Origin: an uncultured Verrucomicrobiae bacterium
Lineage (GTDB): Bacteria > Verrucomicrobiota > Verrucomicrobiia > Limisphaerales > DASXHY01
Direction of reading: 5' to 3'
Assembly (NCBI GenBank): GCA_963699145.1
Contig: OY969416.1
Location: 986,226-1,050,225 of the forward strand
Length of the DNA stretch: 64,000 bases
Under the pieces are notes generated by a model. That model worked only from the letters and a program-made list of their open reading frames with translations. It was not told the origin of the DNA and ran no database searches. This document shows, in pieces, positions 1 through 7,056 of the stretch. Both the position numbers and the translations under genes were made by a program. Each line of letters begins with the position of its first letter. Position 1 is the first letter of the stretch.

Positions 1-263
1 TGGCACACATCCGCAGCCTTCAGAGAATGAATGCCGAGGCATTGCGCGCCGCGAAAACGAGTGATTATGTTTTTATCAATGACGGGGTCCACAACGGCGG
101 CCTGGCGCAGTGTTACGTGAGAACGCAGTTCCAGGTGGGCACGCTGCGCGAATGCGGGTTCACGGATATCCGCGTGTTCTCCAGCGAAACGGGGAGCGAG
201 TATTTGGGACAGGACGCCTGGTTTTCCGCGCAGGACCCGTGGTTGTATTACCTATGCAAGTGA
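1..263 (+). CDS. 3' end of a gene truncated by the window edge; methyltransferase-like C-terminus (tentative)
   Basis: Frame 3 is open from the window edge to TGA 261-263, so the listed ORF 27..263 is only its Met-started tail. The tail ...YVRTQFQVGTLRECGFTDIRVFSSETG... resembles the last strands of a class I SAM methyltransferase. No catalytic motif is visible. Confidence 0.4.
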   Translation, partial: AHIRSLQRMNAEALRAAKTSDYVFINDGVHNGGLAQCYVRTQFQVGTLRECGFTDIRVFSSETGSEYLGQDAWFSAQDPWLYYLCK

Positions 264-1456
264 AGGAAAATTTGGAAGCTGGCCAGTCTGACAAAGCCGC
301 GACGGAGCATGCAAAGCTCGCAGGGTCGCCGGCGAAAGAACCGGCCACCGGCGACGCTCCGCGGGACAAGGCGTCTTCGGCGCCGCGCGCGGGGGCGCAA
401 CCGGAGCGAGGTTTCGTGGCCGTGTCGAGAAGCGAGATTGGCGCGGACCGGTGGAATGCATTCGCGGAAAAGAGCCCGTCCGCGTGGTTGTGGCATCGCT
501 ACGACCTTTCCGAAATCTGGGGTGAATGGAACAAGCGGGAAGACAAGAGCTTTGCGCTGATCAGCCGGTCCAATTCCGAGATTGTGGCGACGGTGCCGAC
601 GTTTCTGGACGGCGGCCGGATTGCGAAATGGTTTCCCTGGAATTCCCTGCATGTCCTGGGCGGACCGGCAATTGATCCGCAAGTACCGCGCAAAATGAGA
701 ACGGAGGTTTGCGAGACCATTGCGCAACACCTGGAGACGATGGCGCGCGCGAATCAGGTTCAGGAAGTGAAGTATTCACTGGCGCCCATGACGCCGAACA
801 TCCGCGGTGAAGCCTGCCCGAGGATTAATCCGTTGTGGGAGTTTGGCTGCGCCAACGCAGTGGGCCAGACGTGGGTCTGCGATCTGCGCAAGTCAAAGGA
901 CGACCTCTGGCGCGGGATTGGCAAAGGCGCCAAGAGTTCGATCAGCAAGGCGCAGAAGCTGGGGGTGCAGGTTCGCCAGGCGAATGGCAGCGCGGATTTG
1001 GATGCCTATTACCGGTTGCATTGTGAAACCTACAGTCGCACCGGCAAAGGGGCGGATCCGCGCGTGCATTTTGAAATGATTTGGAAAAATTTTGTCGACC
1101 GGAAGCTGGCCGTTGTTTTTCTGGCGGAACATGAGGGCGCGGTGGTGGGTGCGGCAAAATTGGCTGTTTATAAAAAGGGCGCCTGGTATTGGACCGGTGG
1201 CTCTAATGCGGCGGGTTTGAATGCGGGCGCGAATGCATTGATTCAATGGCATGCGATCCAGTGGATGGTGGATAACGGCGTGGAATGGTATGAAGTGGGC
1301 GAAGCGCATCTGGGCCTGAAGAATAACAAGCTGAAGCAAATCAGTGATTTCAAAAAGGATTTCGGGGGCGAGCTTTATCCGTTGTTCAAGGGAACCATCG
1401 ACACGAAAACCCGGCTGGGAAGAACGCTGGCGTTGTTAAAGGATTTTCGGGGCTAG
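254..1456 (+). CDS. FemAB-family (GNAT-fold) aminoacyl transferase, EPS/PEP-CTERM-locus type, paralog 1
   Basis: ORF 110..1456. ATG 254 is preferred because 110-253 lies inside the upstream gene. It is colinear with the next gene through the blocks RINPLWEFGC..WV.DLR.SK.DLW..GKGAKSS..KAQKLGV, SNAAGL..GA..L.QW.A.QWM..NGVEWYEVGEA and SDFK.DFGG.L.P. This matches my knowledge of the FemAB-related family found in PEP-CTERM EPS loci. Confidence 0.8.
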   Translation: MQVKENLEAGQSDKAATEHAKLAGSPAKEPATGDAPRDKASSAPRAGAQPERGFVAVSRSEIGADRWNAFAEKSPSAWLWHRYDLSEIWGEWNKREDKSFALISRSNSEIVATVPTFLDGGRIAKWFPWNSLHVLGGPAIDPQVPRKMRTEVCETIAQHLETMARANQVQEVKYSLAPMTPNIRGEACPRINPLWEFGCANAVGQTWVCDLRKSKDDLWRGIGKGAKSSISKAQKLGVQVRQANGSADLDAYYRLHCETYSRTGKGADPRVHFEMIWKNFVDRKLAVVFLAEHEGAVVGAAKLAVYKKGAWYWTGGSNAAGLNAGANALIQWHAIQWMVDNGVEWYEVGEAHLGLKNNKLKQISDFKKDFGGELYPLFKGTIDTKTRLGRTLALLKDFRG

Positions 1457-1507
1457 GTCTTTATTTTCACGCCCGCGCGGGATTTATTTCCTCTGCGGCT
1501 GATACTT

Positions 1508-2689
1508 TTGGATTTTGACATGGAGACAAACGTGCACGCCACAACCGCGAGGGCTGAGAGCCCAAAAAAGGAAGCGCCCGCGCGTCCTGTGGTTGCTCTG
1601 GCAGCGCGGGTGACGCCGGAAGCTGCGCCGCAATACCGAAGCGTTTTGCGCACGGCGGTGGACAAGGCGGAATGGGATGCCTTGGTCGAAAGCAGCGATA
1701 CGGCGTGGTTTTATCACCTTTACCATTATTGCGAGATTTGGGGCGCGTGGCCGAATCGGTCGGACTTGAGCTTCGCGCTGGTGGATCCCGGTTCGTCCAA
1801 GCTGGCGGCAATCGCGCCCGCTTTCAAATTGGACGATAAATTGCAGCGTGTGCTGACGTGGAATACGATCGATGTCTTTGGCGGAATCACCTGCTCGCCG
1901 ACGCTGAATGATAGAAGCCGCCGCGCGGTGCAGGATGCGGCGGGCGGGGAGTTGCGGCGGTTGGCGCGAGAACACCGCGCGCAGGAGATTCGATTTTCCG
2001 TATCGCCGATGACGCCTTTTGTGCGCGGAGATAATTGCCCGCGCATCAATCCGCTGATGGAACTGGGCTGCGTGAACACGATGGGTTGCGCGTGGGTGGC
2101 CGACCTCAGGAATTCGAAAGAGGATCTTTGGAAAAAATTCGGCAAGGGCGCGAAGAGCTCGGTCAACAAGGCGCAAAAATTGGGCGTGACGACGCGGATG
2201 GGCCAGAGCGAACAGGATTTGGAGCGGTATTACGCCATTCACTGCGAGACGTATCGCCGCACCGGTGTCGAGCCGCAGCCACGGCATTATTTTGAGGGCA
2301 TTTGGAAACATTTTTTAGGCACCGGACGCGCGGTGATGTTTTTTGCGGATTACCAGGGCGAAACGATCGCGGCGGCGAGTTTTGTCGTTTACAAAAAAGG
2401 CGCTTATTACTGGACGGGCTGTTCGAATGCGGCCGGGTTGTCCACGGGCTCGGGAGCGTTGCTGCAATGGACGGCGATGCAATGGATGCTCGCCAATGGC
2501 GTGGAATGGTATGAAGTCGGCGAAGCGTATCCGTGGGCCAAGGAGGGAAAGTTGAAACAATTGAGTGATTTCAAAAGAGATTTTGGCGGCGACTTGTTCC
2601 CGGATTTTCGGGGGACGCTGAATACCAAAAACAAGTTGCAGAGCGCCGCGGCGGCCTTGACGCTGCTGAAGAGCGCGATCACGGGCTAA
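1508..2689 (+). CDS. FemAB-family aminoacyl transferase, paralog 2 (tandem duplicate)
   Basis: 393-aa ORF sharing the same conserved blocks as 254..1456 along its whole length (e.g. RINPLMELGCVNTMGCAWVADLRNSKEDLWKKFGKGAKSSVNKAQKLGV). The N-terminal ~50 aa are low-complexity in both copies. Confidence 0.85.
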   Translation: MDFDMETNVHATTARAESPKKEAPARPVVALAARVTPEAAPQYRSVLRTAVDKAEWDALVESSDTAWFYHLYHYCEIWGAWPNRSDLSFALVDPGSSKLAAIAPAFKLDDKLQRVLTWNTIDVFGGITCSPTLNDRSRRAVQDAAGGELRRLAREHRAQEIRFSVSPMTPFVRGDNCPRINPLMELGCVNTMGCAWVADLRNSKEDLWKKFGKGAKSSVNKAQKLGVTTRMGQSEQDLERYYAIHCETYRRTGVEPQPRHYFEGIWKHFLGTGRAVMFFADYQGETIAAASFVVYKKGAYYWTGCSNAAGLSTGSGALLQWTAMQWMLANGVEWYEVGEAYPWAKEGKLKQLSDFKRDFGGDLFPDFRGTLNTKNKLQSAAAALTLLKSAITG

Positions 2690-2755
2690 AGTTTTTGACA
2701 GACAATGAAAAATCTCGTATGTCGATGCGGACGTGCGAACGTTGATTCAATTTCC

Positions 2756-2834
2756 GGGGCTGTAGCTCAACTGGCAGAGCGGCATGCTGGCAACAGCGTG
2801 ACGATGAAGGTTCAATTCCTGTCCAGCTCCACCA
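2756..2834 (+). tRNA. tRNA-Ala(GGC)-like gene with encoded CCA but non-canonical 79-nt structure (aberrant anticodon arm)
   Basis: Acceptor stem GGGGCTG/CAGCTCC with a G3:T70 wobble, then A-CCA. D arm is GCTC-AACTGGCA-GAGC (G18G19 present) and the T loop is TTCAATT. The loop region contains TGGCAA (U33-GGC-A37-A38 of tRNA-Ala GGC). The anticodon arm reads CATGC-TGGCAACA-GCGTG, an 8-nt loop that can close to a 7-bp stem with a GCAA tetraloop. The T stem needs a bulged G, and there are 2 nt between the D and anticodon stems. Confidence 0.6.
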
Positions 2835-2859
2835 TTTCAATCGGTCCTCTATTATCCCA

Positions 2860-4464
2860 GTGACCATGTCCAATCACGATAGCAAGCCCCTGTGGCAGGG
2901 GTTCGTTGACAGCGCCGCCAAATTTCCGGATCGGCCGGCGCTGGAAGTGGGCGGGAGCACGTTCACTTACGCGCAATTATATGCGCAGGCGGCTTCGCTC
3001 GCGGCGACGTTGAAAAAACATGACGCCGGCGTTGAGCCTCCGCTGACGGCGGTGTTCGCCTATCGCACCGCGACGGCGTTTGCCGGCGTGCTCGCGGCGC
3101 TGTTTCGCGGGCATGGTTATGTGCCGCTGAATCGTACGTTTCCGGTGGAGCGTTCGAAAGGGATGCTGACGCGTTCGCAATGCCGCGCGGTGATTGTCGA
3201 TGCCCAATCCGAGTCGCAGCTCGAATCGTTGCTGGCGGATGCGGCGGATTCGTATCTGATCGTTCTTCCCGAACGCGCGGCGGTGGGCGACCTCGCCGCC
3301 CGCTGGCCGAAACATCGGTGGCTGGGCAAGGCGGATCTCGAGCCGGCGCAATCATGGAACCGCGGTGATTTTGGCTCGTGCCAATTCGCGTATCTGTTGT
3401 TCACGTCCGGAAGCACCGGAATTCCGAAGGGCGTTTTGGTGTCGCAGGCGAATGTTCAAGCTTACTTGAAATGGACGATTACGCGATACGGCATCACGGA
3501 GCAGGACCGGCACTCGCAGACGTTTGATTTTACGTTTGATTTGTCCGCGCACGATATGTTTGTGACCTGGGAAACGGGCGCGTGCCTGTGTTGCCCAAGC
3601 CAAAAACAGTTGATCAAGCCCGGCGCGTTCATCCGGGATTCGAAGATCACGATTTGGTTCTCGGTGCCCTCGACCGGCGTTTTTATGCGGCGGCTGGGGA
3701 TGTTGAAACCGGATATGTATCCCAACCTGCGCCTGACGCTGTTTTGCGGCGAGGCGTTGCCGGTGGAGACGGCGCGCGATTGGGCCAAGGCGGCTCCGAA
3801 TTCGGTGATCGAAAATATTTACGGGCCCACGGAATTAACCATCGCCTGCACGGCGTATCGCTGGAACGAGTCCACGTCGCCGGCGGAGTCGGTGAATGAA
3901 ACGGTGCCGATCGGACAGCCGTTTGACGGGATGCGAGTGCTGGTCGCGAATGAAGAATTGAAAGAAGTGGAGCCCGGGCAGGATGGCGAGTTGTTGATGA
4001 CCGGGCCGCAGCTCAGTTGCGGTTACTGGCACGACGAAGCGAAAACGAAGGCGGCTTTCGTGACGCCCCCGGGAAAAAATGAAGTGTTCTATCGGACCGG
4101 CGACCGCGTGCGCCGGCCAAAAAATGGCGAGCCGCTGGTTTACCTGGGCCGAATTGATAACCAGATTAAAATCATGGGCCATCGCGTGGAACTTGGCGAA
4201 ATCGAAGCGATGATACGGCGGTTTTCCGGCATGGACGGAGTCGTGGCGCTGGGATGGCCGCTTAACGCGGGTGGCGCGGATGGCGTGGTGGCCTTCGTGG
4301 AGACCGAGACTTTGGACTCGGCGGCGCTGGCCGAAAATTTAAAAACCAAGCTCCCGCCCTACATGGTGCCGCGCGCGTTTCATGCGCTGCGTTCGCTTCC
4401 CTTGAACGCGAATGGCAAATATGATCGCAAGGCACTGACGGAAATTTTGAAGAGCAACGCATGA
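2860..4464 (+). CDS. Stand-alone amino-acid adenylating enzyme (DltA-like / free-standing NRPS A domain)
   Basis: Adenylate-forming core motifs occur in order: LLFTSGSTGIPKGV, FDFTFDLSAHDMF (Asp consistent with an alpha-amino substrate), NIYGPTE, YRTGD, GRIDNQIKIMGHRVELGEIE, LPPYMVPR and NANGKYDRKAL. Start is GTG 2860 or ATG 2866. Confidence 0.9.
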   Translation: MTMSNHDSKPLWQGFVDSAAKFPDRPALEVGGSTFTYAQLYAQAASLAATLKKHDAGVEPPLTAVFAYRTATAFAGVLAALFRGHGYVPLNRTFPVERSKGMLTRSQCRAVIVDAQSESQLESLLADAADSYLIVLPERAAVGDLAARWPKHRWLGKADLEPAQSWNRGDFGSCQFAYLLFTSGSTGIPKGVLVSQANVQAYLKWTITRYGITEQDRHSQTFDFTFDLSAHDMFVTWETGACLCCPSQKQLIKPGAFIRDSKITIWFSVPSTGVFMRRLGMLKPDMYPNLRLTLFCGEALPVETARDWAKAAPNSVIENIYGPTELTIACTAYRWNESTSPAESVNETVPIGQPFDGMRVLVANEELKEVEPGQDGELLMTGPQLSCGYWHDEAKTKAAFVTPPGKNEVFYRTGDRVRRPKNGEPLVYLGRIDNQIKIMGHRVELGEIEAMIRRFSGMDGVVALGWPLNAGGADGVVAFVETETLDSAALAENLKTKLPPYMVPRAFHALRSLPLNANGKYDRKALTEILKSNA

Positions 4465-5027
4465 GTATGATCACGGCCGAAAATATAAAAGAATTTCTCC
4501 TGAAGAAATTCGAACCGGTCCTGCGCGACCAGGGCATGGGGTTGGACAAGGTGACGGACGATTTTGATTTCTTCGCCGAGGGAATCGTGGATTCCGTGGG
4601 CGTTTTGAATTTGATCAGTGACGTCGAGAAGACATTCAACGTGAAGCTCGACATGGAGCAAATGGATGCCGAGCAGATGACCATTGTCGGGCCGTTTTGC
4701 CGCTACGCGGCCGAACACAGCCAGCCGGCGGGAGCGAATGGGAGCTCGGCGAACGGGCACGGTTTGAGTTTGGAAGCGGTCCAGTCCGATGTGCGCAATT
4801 TTATCCGGCAGAATTATTCCATTGCCGCCGATGACCGGGATTTCACCGATGATGTGCATCTTTATAATGCGGGATATATCGATACGATGGGCGCCGGCAC
4901 TTTGAAAACGTTCGTGGAATCGAAGTATGCGATTCAAGTGACGCCGACCGATCTGGCCGCGCAGCCGATGAACACGGTTCGCGAGTTGTCGGCGTTTGTG
5001 GTCAAGCGCCGCAAGGGTGAGCTTTAA
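4461..5027 (+). CDS. Tandem (di-domain) DltC/ACP-like carrier protein
   Basis: ATGA overlap with the upstream stop (4461-4464). The first half has GIVDSVGVLNLI, a Ser phosphopantetheine site in DltC-like context. The second half repeats the context as GYIDTMGAGTL, with Thr in place of Ser. Confidence 0.8.
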   Translation: MSMITAENIKEFLLKKFEPVLRDQGMGLDKVTDDFDFFAEGIVDSVGVLNLISDVEKTFNVKLDMEQMDAEQMTIVGPFCRYAAEHSQPAGANGSSANGHGLSLEAVQSDVRNFIRQNYSIAADDRDFTDDVHLYNAGYIDTMGAGTLKTFVESKYAIQVTPTDLAAQPMNTVRELSAFVVKRRKGEL

Positions 5028-5057
5028 CAGCTCACGAGGTCGCGCGGAATCCCGAAT

Positions 5058-5793
5058 ATGAACGGCTGGAATGGACTTCTGGCGTGTGCAGTTTGTCTGA
5101 CGGTTGGAGTTGTCTTCGGAATTGGATTTGCGCTGGCGCGGCCGGGGTTGCTGCGGCGGGTCGCGAAAAAGTTGGGATTGCCGGACGGAAACCAGCGATG
5201 GTTTTATGAGCAGACCGTCGCCTTTCATCGGAGAATGGATGACTGCGTTCCCGACCAGGCCGTTCTTTTCATTGGCGACAGTTTTATCCAGGGCCTCTGC
5301 GTGACGGAGGTGGCTGCGAAGTCCATCAATTACGGGATCGGCGGCGATACGACCGAGGGCTTGCTGGCGCGGTTGCCGCACTACCCATCGCTGAACCGGG
5401 CCCGCGCGGTCGTGGTGAGCGTGGGAGAAAACGATTTGCGCAAAGGCCGCACGCCGGCGGATATCAACCTGAGTTACGGGCGGATTTTGGCCCGATTACC
5501 CGAAAAAAGTTTCCGTGTTTTTCTGTTCCCTGACGCCTTGCACAAAAGCAACGGCCAGCCCGTTGAACGATGCGGCTCTGAGTTTGAATCCCATCGTTCG
5601 ACAACTCTGCGCGTCGCGTCCGAACTGTCATTTTGTGGATTTGAATGAAGCGTTGTGCGGGAGCGACGGTTTTCTGCCGGCTCAATATGCGGAATCCGAC
5701 GGGGCGCATCTGAACGCGCGCGGCAATCGTGTGTGCATTGAAAAATTGAGAAAGCATTTGGAGAAAACGATTCCGAATTTAGGAACCGGTTGA
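5058..5793 (+). pseudogene. Membrane-anchored SGNH/GDSL hydrolase (DltD-like position) interrupted by a +1 frameshift
   Basis: ORF 5058..5648 carries an N-terminal TM helix plus block I FIGDSFIQG, block II GIGGDTT and block III VGENDL. The block V DGAHLN lies in ORF 5515..5793, one frame over. The second frame is open only from 5473, and the sensible join is at the A6 run 5503-5508 (..LARLPEK|VSVFFCSLTP..). Confidence 0.7.
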
Positions 5794-6000
5794 CAATCGT
5801 GTTATAACAAGATCGCAAAAGGAGGAAGTTGGGAATGAACGAAACAGGGCGAAGAATGTCAGGACCGAAAGAGAGGAAGGGCATAAAACCCAATTATCCC
5901 AAAAATCCACTTATCCGATTTTGGCCCGTCGCCCGAATTGCAGCCGGAGCGGGACAAAGAGGGATCCCAGAGCGAAATTCAGCCTTGGAAAAATGTCAAA

Positions 6001-6060
6001 GAATCCAAGTCAATCCAAGTGAATCAAACTGAATCAAACTGAATCAAAGTGAATCAAACC
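6001..6060. repeat. Six tandem copies of a 10-bp unit (gaatcaaact consensus)
   Basis: Read directly as gaatccaagt caatccaagt gaatcaaact gaatcaaact gaatcaaagt gaatcaaacc. It is intergenic, about 90 bp upstream of the acetyltransferase start. Confidence 0.9.
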
Positions 6061-6151
6061 AGGGGGGTGCTGGGGCCGAGCGAAGGAGAATTCAAAAAAT
6101 TACCAAACGAACCCATTTACAAGGGCGCATCAACTCTTCAATTAATCTCCT

Positions 6152-6910
6152 GTGAAAGATCGGTTAAAAAATTGGCTGCATAAAACTCTTGGCGATTTTG
6201 TTCCGTATCAAATGGCCGTCGGCGGCTATCGGTATTTTCTCGCGGGGCGTGAAAATCCCCATCCGCCGGAATCCTTTCTGCATTTTGGGAAAAACGTCAG
6301 GATAGAGGGTAACTCGGCGATCACGGCTCCGGAACGGCTTTATCTCGGTGACAATACAAGCTTGTCCCAGAGCGTGCAAATCAATGCCGTGGGCGGCTGC
6401 CATATCGGCCGGGCCTGCCAGATCGCGACGGAGGCCATGATCCTCACGGTGGATCACCAATACAGCGAAGGGGAAGCGCTTCCGTATGATCGCGTGCGGT
6501 TGGTGAAGCCGGTGGTGATAGAGGATTACGTCTGGATTGGCGCTCGCGCGTTGATCGCGCCGGGCGTGCGCATCGGTGAGGGGGCCATTATCGGCATGGG
6601 CGCGGTCGTGCTTCAGGATATCCCGCCACTGGCGATCGCGGCCGGGAATCCGGCCCAGGTGTTGACGTACCGCTCGAAGGCTGAGTTTGATCGGGCGAAA
6701 AGCGCGGGTGAAGAGATCGATCCTTATAAAGAAGTGCCGTTGTTAAAAGTCCCGGCGATCACCAAACGGAAGTTCAAAGCGGAATTGGCGGCCTTTGGCT
6801 TCGATGTGTCCAATGGCCAGGAGTACTTTTGTTACGATAAGCGTCAGAAATTGAGCCAGCGTCTCGTTTCCGTTAAAGGTCCGGCCGCTCCGGGAAAAAC
6901 AGGCCCCTAG
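6152..6910 (+). CDS. Hexapeptide-repeat (LbH) sugar O-acetyltransferase
   Basis: The C-terminal half is classic left-handed beta-helix text: VWIGARALIAPGVRIGEGAIIGMGAVVLQDIPPLAIAAGNPAQV. GTG start at 6152. Confidence 0.85.
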   Translation: MKDRLKNWLHKTLGDFVPYQMAVGGYRYFLAGRENPHPPESFLHFGKNVRIEGNSAITAPERLYLGDNTSLSQSVQINAVGGCHIGRACQIATEAMILTVDHQYSEGEALPYDRVRLVKPVVIEDYVWIGARALIAPGVRIGEGAIIGMGAVVLQDIPPLAIAAGNPAQVLTYRSKAEFDRAKSAGEEIDPYKEVPLLKVPAITKRKFKAELAAFGFDVSNGQEYFCYDKRQKLSQRLVSVKGPAAPGKTGP

Positions 6911-7056
6911 CAATTACAATGACCGCTGTTATCGTGAAACTCTGGATTATTATGCAGTTTTTGGCAAAGAACGGCCCGAGGGGGCATGGTTGGGGACGGC
7001 CCGGGTTTGACGGGGTGCGGAGTGCCTTGGCATTTGACCTGCTAATTCGACCCGTT

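Noticed and set aside
110-253. N-terminal extension of the first FemAB ORF (track start 110)
   Set aside because: It lies entirely inside the upstream gene's reading frame region, and its text (MLRENAVPGGHAARMRVHGYPRVLQ...) looks non-coding. ATG 254 gives an N-terminus parallel to the paralog.
2756-5520. The idea that the 8-nt-loop tRNA-like RNA is a quadruplet-decoding frameshift suppressor rescuing the two +1 frameshifted genes
   Set aside because: The loop sequence (UGGCAACA) would pair with GCC-type codons. The inferred shift sites are an A6 run (5503-5508) and a C4 run in tgctccccag (39867-39870), with no matching quadruplet context. Homopolymer indel error is the simpler explanation.
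5829-6032. 67-aa ORF upstream of the acetyltransferase
   Set aside because: Its 3' half is just the translation of the 10-bp tandem repeat (QVNPSESN), and it has no RBS or family signal.
6001-6060. Tandem repeat considered as a CRISPR array
   Set aside because: The units are 10 bp, directly abutting with no spacers, and no cas genes are in the window.
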